A stretch of DNA of 64,000 bases, from positions 1-64,000 of the IMG/VR virus record IMGVR_UViG_3300035698_035366; one strand, written 5' to 3'. The notes beneath the pieces are model-generated. The model ran no database searches. It was not told the DNA's origin and saw only the letters and a list, made by a program, of their open reading frames with translations. Of this stretch, positions 28,401-37,923 are shown piece after piece; within the stretch, counting starts at the first letter, position 1, and the number at the start of each line of letters is the position of its first letter. The position numbers and the translations under genes are program-made.

Positions 28401-31400
28401 TAACAAAAAATGTTCTCAACTGGAAGGTATCTGTTCCTCCCTCAAACACTGTACTAAACGCAACACGGTTTCCGCCATGACTAAAGGTTGAAATCTTTAG
28501 GATAACCCCTTCTACCGGAATGGTTGGTGTTCCACCAGTATCTTCAAATACAATTTCATTTGTGGTCCAGTCAACTACATAATCATCTCCTTGGTCAAGC
28601 TTTACACCATCAGCATAAACAAAAATCCCTGCATTACTCTGTGGTATTTGTAGCAGACCATATCTCTTTTGTGTTCCATTAGAACGGAGTCTATCTACAA
28701 GGATAATAGGAGAACCAGGTACTCCATCATAAAACACTTTGATATCAACTGATGAATCAACATTAACCTTTACAAGTTCTTCTGGGTGGTCAGAAGCGAA
28801 GTATGGTCTGTGGAAACCCGTACCGTCTGTAACAATGTTATGTTGGTTAGGACTCAACTCACTAAAGTCATTTGAATCAGGATTCATAATAACATCGATA
28901 TCAATTTCAGTATTCATTATTGGTGCAATAGCTGAAGTATTAAACGGTTGGATAACACCACCAAGATTACCATTTACTAGTTTTAACCAACCATTGTCAC
29001 CGTCACCGTCAATAATACCATTCCAATAAATGACATCATCTTCTACGAAGGTTCCAATAGGTATATCAAGTGGTTCTTCACCATTAAAATCATTCACCGC
29101 ACTTGTTAAAGTAACAGCAAAACCATCACCTGGAGTTAAATCTTCATAAGTCAATCCAAGATTTAATAGATTATCACCAAACTTGATAGAAGCGTTCATA
29201 ACCTCAGATCGTAAATTAATATTAGCTGCGGCAATAATTTGTTGGGGTAAAGCGGTTTGTGTAATCTTCTCAAGCCATTTTGGATCTGATACACCATAAA
29301 CTAATGTTCCACGGAAATCACAACCTGGAATTGGATTAACTCTAAATTCTGGACGGATAATTTCATTATAAACCAAATCAGTTCCAAAGAATCCTTCACC
29401 TTTGATTCGTTTTTTGGTTTCAAGTGGTGTTAATAATTGTTGTGGTTCAGAATCAATAGCATTGTAGAATAATGCGACACGGTCAGCAGCATCAAGACCT
29501 TCTGCGCTTGTGAACTTAAAAGTATCAACTGTAACAATGTATTCAAATTCCACATCAACTACACCATGAACAGCACCTTTTGATCCAAACGATACATTAA
29601 TATTTGTATCAAAATTGGTTAGTTTGTTAATATCAAAATCAGCAGTACCAGTGAAGTCAAGCGTTTTAACATTAAGGATATCTCCAGGATTTTGATCAGT
29701 ACCAATGAATACAAATGCACCAGTTAAATTACCATCATTATCAGTAAATCTTTCATCAATAGTAATATCCAAGTCAAGACCAGTTGCAGGTGCGTTATTG
29801 AACAAAATATCCAAGCCGTCAGTTGTAACTGCAAAACGGTGATCTGGATTAGTTGATAACTGGGAACCATTTTTGAAAATTGTAATACCATTCAATACAA
29901 CCGTTAAGGTTTCTAATTGAACAATTTGCTTAGGCATCGCAAACCTTCTAGTTGAAAAATCACCCACATAAGATGAAGTAACTGGTTCATTAATTGTTAA
30001 ACGAACAACCCTAGAAATGATTCTTGAATTTAATACTGACACCATATTGTGTTTAACAGTTAGTTGATTAAGATCAAAGCTACCAATAGTAGGAATCTGT
30101 AAAGCTGAGCTTAGTAAAGTAATTTTTGAAACTTGTGTTCCACTCTGTGGGATATTTGTCGTACATTTGACACGGTCAAAAACAATCTTTGAATTAAGCC
30201 TACGAACACGTTGATATGATCCATCCTCTTCTAGATCAGCATACCATTCATTCCATGGAGAATTTTCTTGAATTACTTCAAAGTCTTCTGCAATATTTTC
30301 ATCTAGAACACGGAAATTGGTTCCATCAAAATAAACTGGTTTATCAAAATCTGTAGCGTGTAACAGTGCTTCATCAATATTTGAATCATATGGTATAACT
30401 AAGTCTTGGCGGAAATCGCGTATCTTTGTATGATAAGGTTTAGCTTCTTCAATATATTCAATTATGGATTGCGTGATATCTTCACGTAGGATTGGTGTCT
30501 GTTTTAATTCTTCTTCTAGTCCACGAATAATAATGTATGAAGTCTTGAATGCCCAATCAACCATGTTCTGTTCTGAATGAACAAAATTAATCATAACAAA
30601 CACAAGATGATTCTGTTCCTGTGGAGTAAGAATATCATTACGGAGGTTATTAGTGAAGATTTGGTATTCTGGTGCTAAGAAAGTATCATTAAGCTGGAAA
30701 GTTACATCTTCAGCAAACACTGTGGTCGTAGTCTTCAATCCATCATCTGCAACAATTAACCAGGTTTCTTTCCCATTTGTATCTGTTGTGATCTCAACAA
30801 TGGTGTTCAATGGTACACTGTCAATCGCAAGTGCATTATCAAACGCTATCCGGTCTGCATAAACAACTGTTGGTGTAAACGTGTCAGATACATTATTCAG
30901 TTCAGTACCACGGTAATCTGCGTAATCCCATACATCTTCTAATCGAACTTCCTGTGTTTCAATTAAGGTGAAAGTATTTACGGCTGTATATTCCCAACGG
31001 GTCCATCTGTTATTATTTTCTGTTGTAGCTTCAACTAGAACTATTTCACCAATTGCAATTGTTGCAATTAACGCATCGCGCTCAGCATTATCCACAACCT
31101 GATAATCAAATCCAGTTGTTGGTAAAGGAGTAACATAGAATAAATTATCATCTGCGGTAATTCTGTTTAATAAGATTGGTTCAGCAGTAAGTAATCTATT
31201 CACTTCATCAACAAAAACGGTTCGGGCTTTCGTTAAATTTCTAAACCACGTTTGTCGAGGACGGATGAATGTTCCATAGCGTTCTGTTTCAGTTAATAAT
31301 GGATCAGGAACTAAATTGTCACTACTAATACCATCAAAGCCAACAATTGAGTCTCGCATCTTTATCCAAATATCATTTGGAATTAACGAAGATGGATCAT

Positions 31401-34400
31401 CTTCACGCAATAACTGCCATTCTTGGTGGATATTAATATCAGGATCTGAAATTTCCCAATTAACCTGAACAACACTATCAATATCTTCTAGAAGTGGTCC
31501 TGAATTAGAATAAATCAATGCGTTGGTTGCAATAGGAGAGAACCATAAAATACCAGCACTTGTCGGGTTTTCAAGTATCTGCCTAACCTGGATAGCGTTA
31601 ATTGAACGGAAATCATAAGCTGGTGTTTGATCAGTATCTTCAACCCAGAAGAAGAATACAGTCTTAAAGTCACCAATTGCTTGATCGAATTCCTGTTTTT
31701 CTACCCAAGATGGATTATCGGGATCTTTAACAGTTCCAGAATAAGTTCCTTCAGAATCTATTTTGGGTTGATCAATAACTGTTTGATAAGAAAGGGGCTC
31801 AACTGGAGATTTAGTCCATTCGTAGATTTTGATCTCTGCACCTGGTGCTAGTTTACCCCAATTTTGTCTACGGTATTCTCGGCTTCCCTGTTCATAATCA
31901 AGGTATAATGATTTACTCGTGTCCCACCACAGTCTAGCAACGGCGGCATCACCCCATGCCAATTTTTCATTAATTGTGTCCAGTTCCGGATCACCGTCAG
32001 TATAGATGGCTGGATCATAATCAATGTGGTAATAAATTTCCTCATCTGCTACTCCAGGAACTAATCCCTTACGTGGATCATTAACATTAAATCTATTCTT
32101 CACTCTATTCGTATGTGCGTTATACAATACGGAGTTGGTTATACGACGGTTTGCTACACGGAGTTCTTGTTCTCGTTCAATGGTATCAGCATCAATATCA
32201 ACAACCACCCAATGCGGTTCGTCGTCAGCACCATTTGAAATATCATCAATCCATGCTTTTGTTAAACCAATTGGAGCATTAACCGCTGGATCAACATCAA
32301 AAACTGTTTTACTTGGAAAACGAACAGGGATAAGCTGGAGAAGAGTTGGAACAATAACGTCAGTATCAATTGGTAGTGCTGTATAATCAAACGGGGCTGA
32401 AGCAATTGTAGAAACAGTAAATTCGGTTGGGTCATTGATTGAAACTACCTCAATTATTCCTTGTAAACTATTTCCTGTTTCGTTGCTTGTATCATTGTCA
32501 ATTATAAACAAAGACCCAGCAACCATAAATTCTAAGTCATTATCAACTTTAATAATCGCCTGGTCACCATCAGTAACCGTTTCAATTTGGCTACTAGTAT
32601 CAATTACTTGGTAAACTTGGAACTCATCAGCGAAGTCCTGATAAACCCAAATATGATCACCCGGCTCAATAGGATTACCATTATCTATAGCATTGAAATA
32701 CGTATCATTCAATACCGAACGGTCAAATGCAGTATAGTCAATATCAGCCAAGTTTACATAACCAGCTGAACGGTAATCACCCTTTTGATCTAAGTAGCTC
32801 GTACGCAATTCCCAAACATTATTAAAGTCAGCTGGTTTACGTTGCCATCTTGGACTCGAATCATCAATCTGTAATACATCATCGAATGGGAAATCATCTG
32901 TGTCGAAACCAGTTCCAAATTCAATTAACTGAGGATTGGTTTTGTGATCTTCCTTAAACATTTGGAATTCGATGCTTGGACGGATTTCTGTTCCGCCGAA
33001 ACGACCGATTCTAACTGCAAACTCTTCAAACACTGTAAATATTTGATTGTTTTGGCCAGTAGCCGCCTTTAAGAATTTATCCAAGCTTAGTCGAGTTCCC
33101 TTGGCTTGAATCATTCCTTGATAGAATTGGAAACTAGTATCAGGATCAATTAGAAGTTGACGAAAATAATCCCTAACTTGGTATCCAGTAATATGACGGG
33201 CGTGTTCACGTAGTGTTACGCGATCAACCGAGTCTTCGATATCAAAATAGTGCTCAAAATCAGTAACGGTTTTATCAAAGTTTTCATAAATGTTATCTGC
33301 TTGCACAATGAAACCAGCAGCATCTAACCGACCAGTCCAATTGTCAGTGATAACTGTGTTGAGCTTTAGACGCTGTTGTCTAACATTAAATACTGGATCA
33401 TAAATCAAATCATTGAATGCTGTTGTGTTGCTTAGAAGCAAAATATGCTCAAACTCTTTAACAAAGGTTCGGCATAAGAAAATACCAATTCCAGCATTAG
33501 GAGTAACCGTCATGGTGTCTTCAGAACGGACAACGGTTGTGTCTTGTGGTTCAATCCGCTGACCAGTTTTATTCAATAATGGGTAAGAACCGTTTACTAA
33601 GGTTTCAATATTTTGCGTAACGCCTTGCGGTGTTCTAAACTTTACAATATCTGATAATGGAGATAGCGCAATAAAGTTACCTTCTGCCCACTTAGTGAGT
33701 GTCCAGAACAAGAATTCCTTACCACTCTGTCTCCAATTATTGATTGTATTTGTGTCTTCATTGAATTTATCAAATATCCACCCCTCAGTTTTTAGATACC
33801 TTTCATAATTAATTAGGAATTGGTAAACATCCTGCTTTGACGTAAATTGTGTACCATAAGGAATTAATTCTGGTTGAGCATCTAAAATACCATCAGTGTA
33901 CTCAGTAACAACTACAGCATTATTTGCAACAGGTGAACCAATAAACCTCCAATTTCCTCTTTCAAAGTTTTCTGTTGATTGGTGAGCAATTGTGCATTCA
34001 AAGATGCTTGCTTGATACTGTATAATTATACCAACAGCATAAGAAGTATTTGTTTCCCAACGAGGACGTGGTTCCGGATCAGGTTCACCAACTCTAATTG
34101 AAACTTTGCGACCATTTGGATCATGTGGTAAAGTTTTGAACAATGGATTTAGTGAGTCGTAACCAAACACTTGCCATCCCTTGCCGTTCCAAGTAATAAT
34201 CACTCCGGAATAAACAAACTCCTGCAAAGAAGCTGATGAGTACAATTCAATTGGTGTGTCTTCTTGTGGTACGAGACCGAAGTTATCGGCAACAACAGTA
34301 ATATTTTCAGTCTCGGTGTAACCACCCATTTTATGACCAAGCTGGACATCAATTCCACGTAAAATATCACCAAAGTTTGTAGTAATATCTTGACCTTGGC

Positions 34401-37400
34401 TAACGACGCGATCACTAATCCACTGTTGTATACCACTACCAATATAACGTACATTGTTTACAACTTCTCCATGAACATTCAATTCACTATTTTGTGGACG
34501 GTTTTTGGTAATAGTGTTAACCCATTGTTCACGAGTAGTTCCAACAAATATTTCATCATATCGAGCTGGATCCCATGCAAATTCAATAAATCGGGCTGGT
34601 TTAATTAGATAACCAACCTGCGCAACAGCAAACGGATATGATTCAGAATTTCTCCAAACCGACTCGATTGGGCCGCCATCACCAAATTCCCAAGGACGTG
34701 AAGCATTGTCAATTGTTGGGGTTGATAAAACAATCCCTGCAGAAACTGGATTAAGAAGAGTTCCTGATGCGTCAACTGGTAAAATATTAGAAAGTCCTGG
34801 ACGGGCATAAATTGGATCAATTCCTTTACGTATTCCGTCTTTAATTTCACCATTTTCAATGTCAGTCCATAATGAACTGTTACCAGAAGTGTATGGTGAT
34901 GGACCATATTCTGCATCCCAATAAGAAGGTTTCTTGTCAAAACCAAGCATTTCCCAAGGATATAGATCGGGACGTTCAGTACCATAAACAAAACGATACA
35001 TTCCTCTCCAATAGCCTGGAACGGGTTTACCATTAAAGGTTTGGAGTCCTTTGTAATTATAAGTGAACGGTTCACCAGCAGTGGCTATAACGTTTTCTCT
35101 ATAATCAGCGTTATTTAAAATAGCCCATCGCTCAAACATAGGGCGGAATAATGTACTTACTTCATCTGGTGTATAATCAGTTTCTCTGAAGTAATTAGGA
35201 ACGAATTCGTCAATGTTAAAATCTCTAACATTTTCGCTGGTATACTTTGTATCAACCGAGGCATAAACCATATTTTCATATTGAAGTTGTGCCTGGTCTC
35301 GTGGATCAACGAGATCTAATGGATTGTTGGTTGGTAGAGTTGTTGATTCAGAAATAAGATAATACAATGACCCATCATGTCCACGTAGAACAGGTTGTGG
35401 GTTTGGTAATGTAGTATCCAAGAAAACTTCTGGTTCATAAACTGGAAAAACACCAAGAAATGATGGAGTAGCGGGGATTAAACTTCCTTCACTAATCATT
35501 CCCGAGTAATAGAATGGAAAGGTGTTTGTTTTTCCAACATTGATTTGGATGATCGCTTCATTGACCATTTGTGTAGGAGACAATGACGTGAGTTGTCCAG
35601 TCCTAAGCATCTGATCAACTTTACTAACAAATTTGTTTCTAAACCGTGTATATTCTCTTTCAACAAACCTCACAGCCTTCATATAATCTAAATTATCATC
35701 TGACGCTAAGAGCATTAATTTCAACATTGGTGCTTGGTGTTGCATAATTGAACGACCAAATGATAAATCTTGCGTAGTATCACGCCAATTGTTTAATCCA
35801 TAAGCCGTTCCTTGGAAATCTTCTTGGTTCTCGATAATTTCTCTAAAGTGGTTAAAGAATTCTGTCTGGGATACTTCTTGAATATCTTCATTATTTGGAT
35901 TAGCTACCAAATTCAATGGTATTTCATAATTTGCAACATCTTCATTTGTTGGTCGGAAATCCGGATTATGAGATCTAACTCTAACAACTGGTTCAAGTGT
36001 ACCTACGGAAGGAGTAATGCTTAGGATATTTCCAGAGATTGAAAATTCTGATTCATCTAATTGTCGACCAGCAGCCTGAACAATTAAATTTGGAACATCA
36101 CCTGGAACGTTGGCTGCTGGCTCCTGTGTAAGAGGAAACTCAGAGGTTGGAAACTTGGAAGCTTCAAACACGTCAATGATGTATTGCTTTGTTTTGTTGT
36201 TGATAAGGTTCCAGCTATTGGAATACAAATCGTCTTCTACTGTATCACCAATTTGACGGAAGAAGTAGTAACCAATTGTTTCACCAAAATCTGAGGAGAA
36301 TCGTTCAGTTGCTAGAGTGTTTTCAAAAACAATTTCACCAGTGTTGTTGAACGATAGTTTTAGACCGACGTTTGGATCAACTGGTTGGAAAGGACTTTGA
36401 TTTTCTTTATAGGTGAAAATGGTTGATCCTTGGAAATCTGAGCCAGGATAAACACCAACATCATTCAATTTCACATTATCAATATCGTAAAGCTGGAATT
36501 TTGGTGGATCATTCTTCCCCAATTTCCTAATTCCTGGGTTCCAATTTGTTCCATCAAATTCAACAACCGTTCCGCCGAATGTATTACCATATCGTATTCT
36601 GTAAACATCGTCTGATACTGCAAGATCTTTAACAAGAGTGAGTTCAATAATACCAGTTGTTTTAATACCAGATACTTCGTATATTCGATTGTTAACAGCA
36701 GGGTTGATATCACTTGTTACGAGAATCTTTAAACCATCACTAATAGCTATACCATTAAACTCATTTGTTCCGTCAACTGTTATTGCCTGTGTAACACCAT
36801 CAACTATATGACCAGCAATTCCATATTGACCATATGCTTTACCAATAATATTATTTGGATTGTCAAGTTGTGAACCTGGAAACCAAATAGTTTTTCCATT
36901 AAGCGCACCGAAGAAGTTAATCGATTCAGTATAAACAACATCAGCGGTATATGAAGGTACTCCGTAGTTGAATACTTCCAAGTCTCTTATAAATTCGATA
37001 ATTGGGCGTTTTGCTTGTAAAGAACTTGGGTCTTCTTCAATAACGGTGTTGGATATTTCAATAACATCTCTGTGATACCAATGATTACCAGTACTCCAAG
37101 GAGATCCTTCAATACTTCCACGCTCGATAAGAAAATATTCAGGTCCTGGTTCTTGATCGTTGTCAGAGGCTAGAATATCCCATAATGATGCGTCCCAACC
37201 ATCTTCGTCCCAACCGGAGAAGCTTCCTTCATCTGTTACTTCTAGAAGACGTATTCCTCTACCAACACCCTCAACACCATAAGTCTTACCATTGGTCAAG
37301 GCATTTGCATCATCGGTAATTGTTATTCTCAATCCAGAAGTAAGATCAATGGTGTTACCGTCAACGGTTACCGTCGCAGTAACTTGTCCAATAATATAAT

Positions 37401-37923
37401 TTTGAATATCTGTTGGTGAATCAACGACAATTGGGTTGGGTCCTTGGTCTAGCCAGAAATAATTACTAAATGATGCAAATTTATCTAGATCAATTGGTGG
37501 AGCCCATGAATAATATTCTTGCTCAAATAATCTATTATGATCATTAACAATACCGCCTTGAAAACGGAGGTGATTAAGGATATCTTCGTAAAACAGCGAG
37601 TTAGTCAAATTGTTATCAATATCACGCGATGTAAGGATTGGCGCTAATTGGTAATATTCACGTGGTTTTGTTTCTTCGGATAGATAAAACTCTCGAGTTG
37701 GTTCCCAGAAGAAAGTCTTTTCCCCTATAAAACCAGAAACTTTTCGGCTACGGTTAGGTTCAAATAGGTGATCAATTGTTGCACCAAAGAATTTCTTTAG
37801 TGCATCTGTTTGATTAATTACTGGTAGGAGACCAATCTGCTCACGTTTTGGTTGAACCGAACGCTCGTCGACTTGCTCTGGAACCGGGTTTCTTGGATCT
37901 TTGTTAATTTTCCGTACTGCCAT
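25498..37923 (-). CDS. Giant virion structural protein (probable baseplate wedge/fibre scaffold), 4141 aa
   Basis: 12.4-kb uninterrupted ORF directly downstream of the gp6-like gene; acidic, beta-rich, WDxxxWD motifs and internal repeats. Confidence 0.85.
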   Translation of the reverse strand: MAVRKINKDPRNPVPEQVDERSVQPKREQIGLLPVINQTDALKKFFGATIDHLFEPNRSRKVSGFIGEKTFFWEPTREFYLSEETKPREYYQLAPILTSRDIDNNLTNSLFYEDILNHLRFQGGIVNDHNRLFEQEYYSWAPPIDLDKFASFSNYFWLDQGPNPIVVDSPTDIQNYIIGQVTATVTVDGNTIDLTSGLRITITDDANALTNGKTYGVEGVGRGIRLLEVTDEGSFSGWDEDGWDASLWDILASDNDQEPGPEYFLIERGSIEGSPWSTGNHWYHRDVIEISNTVIEEDPSSLQAKRPIIEFIRDLEVFNYGVPSYTADVVYTESINFFGALNGKTIWFPGSQLDNPNNIIGKAYGQYGIAGHIVDGVTQAITVDGTNEFNGIAISDGLKILVTSDINPAVNNRIYEVSGIKTTGIIELTLVKDLAVSDDVYRIRYGNTFGGTVVEFDGTNWNPGIRKLGKNDPPKFQLYDIDNVKLNDVGVYPGSDFQGSTIFTYKENQSPFQPVDPNVGLKLSFNNTGEIVFENTLATERFSSDFGETIGYYFFRQIGDTVEDDLYSNSWNLINNKTKQYIIDVFEASKFPTSEFPLTQEPAANVPGDVPNLIVQAAGRQLDESEFSISGNILSITPSVGTLEPVVRVRSHNPDFRPTNEDVANYEIPLNLVANPNNEDIQEVSQTEFFNHFREIIENQEDFQGTAYGLNNWRDTTQDLSFGRSIMQHQAPMLKLMLLASDDNLDYMKAVRFVEREYTRFRNKFVSKVDQMLRTGQLTSLSPTQMVNEAIIQINVGKTNTFPFYYSGMISEGSLIPATPSFLGVFPVYEPEVFLDTTLPNPQPVLRGHDGSLYYLISESTTLPTNNPLDLVDPRDQAQLQYENMVYASVDTKYTSENVRDFNIDEFVPNYFRETDYTPDEVSTLFRPMFERWAILNNADYRENVIATAGEPFTYNYKGLQTFNGKPVPGYWRGMYRFVYGTERPDLYPWEMLGFDKKPSYWDAEYGPSPYTSGNSSLWTDIENGEIKDGIRKGIDPIYARPGLSNILPVDASGTLLNPVSAGIVLSTPTIDNASRPWEFGDGGPIESVWRNSESYPFAVAQVGYLIKPARFIEFAWDPARYDEIFVGTTREQWVNTITKNRPQNSELNVHGEVVNNVRYIGSGIQQWISDRVVSQGQDITTNFGDILRGIDVQLGHKMGGYTETENITVVADNFGLVPQEDTPIELYSSASLQEFVYSGVIITWNGKGWQVFGYDSLNPLFKTLPHDPNGRKVSIRVGEPDPEPRPRWETNTSYAVGIIIQYQASIFECTIAHQSTENFERGNWRFIGSPVANNAVVVTEYTDGILDAQPELIPYGTQFTSKQDVYQFLINYERYLKTEGWIFDKFNEDTNTINNWRQSGKEFLFWTLTKWAEGNFIALSPLSDIVKFRTPQGVTQNIETLVNGSYPLLNKTGQRIEPQDTTVVRSEDTMTVTPNAGIGIFLCRTFVKEFEHILLLSNTTAFNDLIYDPVFNVRQQRLKLNTVITDNWTGRLDAAGFIVQADNIYENFDKTVTDFEHYFDIEDSVDRVTLREHARHITGYQVRDYFRQLLIDPDTSFQFYQGMIQAKGTRLSLDKFLKAATGQNNQIFTVFEEFAVRIGRFGGTEIRPSIEFQMFKEDHKTNPQLIEFGTGFDTDDFPFDDVLQIDDSSPRWQRKPADFNNVWELRTSYLDQKGDYRSAGYVNLADIDYTAFDRSVLNDTYFNAIDNGNPIEPGDHIWVYQDFADEFQVYQVIDTSSQIETVTDGDQAIIKVDNDLEFMVAGSLFIIDNDTSNETGNSLQGIIEVVSINDPTEFTVSTIASAPFDYTALPIDTDVIVPTLLQLIPVRFPSKTVFDVDPAVNAPIGLTKAWIDDISNGADDEPHWVVVDIDADTIEREQELRVANRRITNSVLYNAHTNRVKNRFNVNDPRKGLVPGVADEEIYYHIDYDPAIYTDGDPELDTINEKLAWGDAAVARLWWDTSKSLYLDYEQGSREYRRQNWGKLAPGAEIKIYEWTKSPVEPLSYQTVIDQPKIDSEGTYSGTVKDPDNPSWVEKQEFDQAIGDFKTVFFFWVEDTDQTPAYDFRSINAIQVRQILENPTSAGILWFSPIATNALIYSNSGPLLEDIDSVVQVNWEISDPDINIHQEWQLLREDDPSSLIPNDIWIKMRDSIVGFDGISSDNLVPDPLLTETERYGTFIRPRQTWFRNLTKARTVFVDEVNRLLTAEPILLNRITADDNLFYVTPLPTTGFDYQVVDNAERDALIATIAIGEIVLVEATTENNNRWTRWEYTAVNTFTLIETQEVRLEDVWDYADYRGTELNNVSDTFTPTVVYADRIAFDNALAIDSVPLNTIVEITTDTNGKETWLIVADDGLKTTTTVFAEDVTFQLNDTFLAPEYQIFTNNLRNDILTPQEQNHLVFVMINFVHSEQNMVDWAFKTSYIIIRGLEEELKQTPILREDITQSIIEYIEEAKPYHTKIRDFRQDLVIPYDSNIDEALLHATDFDKPVYFDGTNFRVLDENIAEDFEVIQENSPWNEWYADLEEDGSYQRVRRLNSKIVFDRVKCTTNIPQSGTQVSKITLLSSALQIPTIGSFDLNQLTVKHNMVSVLNSRIISRVVRLTINEPVTSSYVGDFSTRRFAMPKQIVQLETLTVVLNGITIFKNGSQLSTNPDHRFAVTTDGLDILFNNAPATGLDLDITIDERFTDNDGNLTGAFVFIGTDQNPGDILNVKTLDFTGTADFDINKLTNFDTNINVSFGSKGAVHGVVDVEFEYIVTVDTFKFTSAEGLDAADRVALFYNAIDSEPQQLLTPLETKKRIKGEGFFGTDLVYNEIIRPEFRVNPIPGCDFRGTLVYGVSDPKWLEKITQTALPQQIIAAANINLRSEVMNASIKFGDNLLNLGLTYEDLTPGDGFAVTLTSAVNDFNGEEPLDIPIGTFVEDDVIYWNGIIDGDGDNGWLKLVNGNLGGVIQPFNTSAIAPIMNTEIDIDVIMNPDSNDFSELSPNQHNIVTDGTGFHRPYFASDHPEELVKVNVDSSVDIKVFYDGVPGSPIILVDRLRSNGTQKRYGLLQIPQSNAGIFVYADGVKLDQGDDYVVDWTTNEIVFEDTGGTPTIPVEGVILKISTFSHGGNRVAFSTVFEGGTDTFQLRTFFVKSSTLVFVDGEPLDPVDYVVFGDELSITTGPVPTDTRVFVVVYDTGVSETIEDNDPFTDTYVLDNPTGITEGQILVTVDSVPEPFTYTSLTGEVTLLTGIPTPGSSVRITVFNQISPSLVRTIVFAGDGTTPDTVVNGDSSLTVTLPIEQENSMPSHANMLVREDGLRLRPDRTFYQTLIPDQYLLVLDTEVDTTNGEVISLIRDGVEQTENVDYVNPSTRRGTLDTSVSMVQALSDIGLTVGDLNPGDYFTVTNLANTVITNDFQGGWGNEFSILPPDIESHVDVYDPTDLFTQSELLVEDCDDGLDGEFSYDPTTDIDSGRVYGLTTYLNRRDGIESGFSVATPTNAFNIVPVSFEEGQGILYIGNNTFSVLAADKFYRPETMDASITIADNLTNLGLTYDDLLIGDTFKVTTTVIDNFFGSLPLGSFIDGDVLYWNGPADGIDADGWRKTQNPLVPEREIHFVNPSAEENDIVFWLNDVDREYDADSTTVTILNPNPASEYQVTFFSIDDSLNIETHVYDESRDGIYQINNLPFDDSYIWFSVNGERKLYQRDYLITSAGTGWDTTPWDAGGDDDRREPVSNEGIIISDIIEVIEQYDFGIVSVVDDSEEDMEDGGGLFDEAQFDEFGNPSPTICDITYKEIQEVTKDNRGKLIPFPGSDGWDTVTSSSIIRTNPFVGTTADWLAKSKDDIVATIISGPPIQTPFAYRVFTGALGSKQFSRIADFFKLFVREEFTSTDVILKADVNPTFLESEFPIDYVYEPTASAPGVLYIGTERLEYSNVNGPLFDNTTGKRFYEFSGLNRATRLISPSPSYGIGTVIERAGPLEQISHVYEEVSPDPLISLGAEAILAESSSIDKIADGNTFVYALDIYPVERTITSVYLVDQSGSTEVLTPLINETDNKIYTINNITNVDNIILGSQIEFDVAPVADALRIIQVIPESLNLLNKQTRQINFLRKEAGTLD

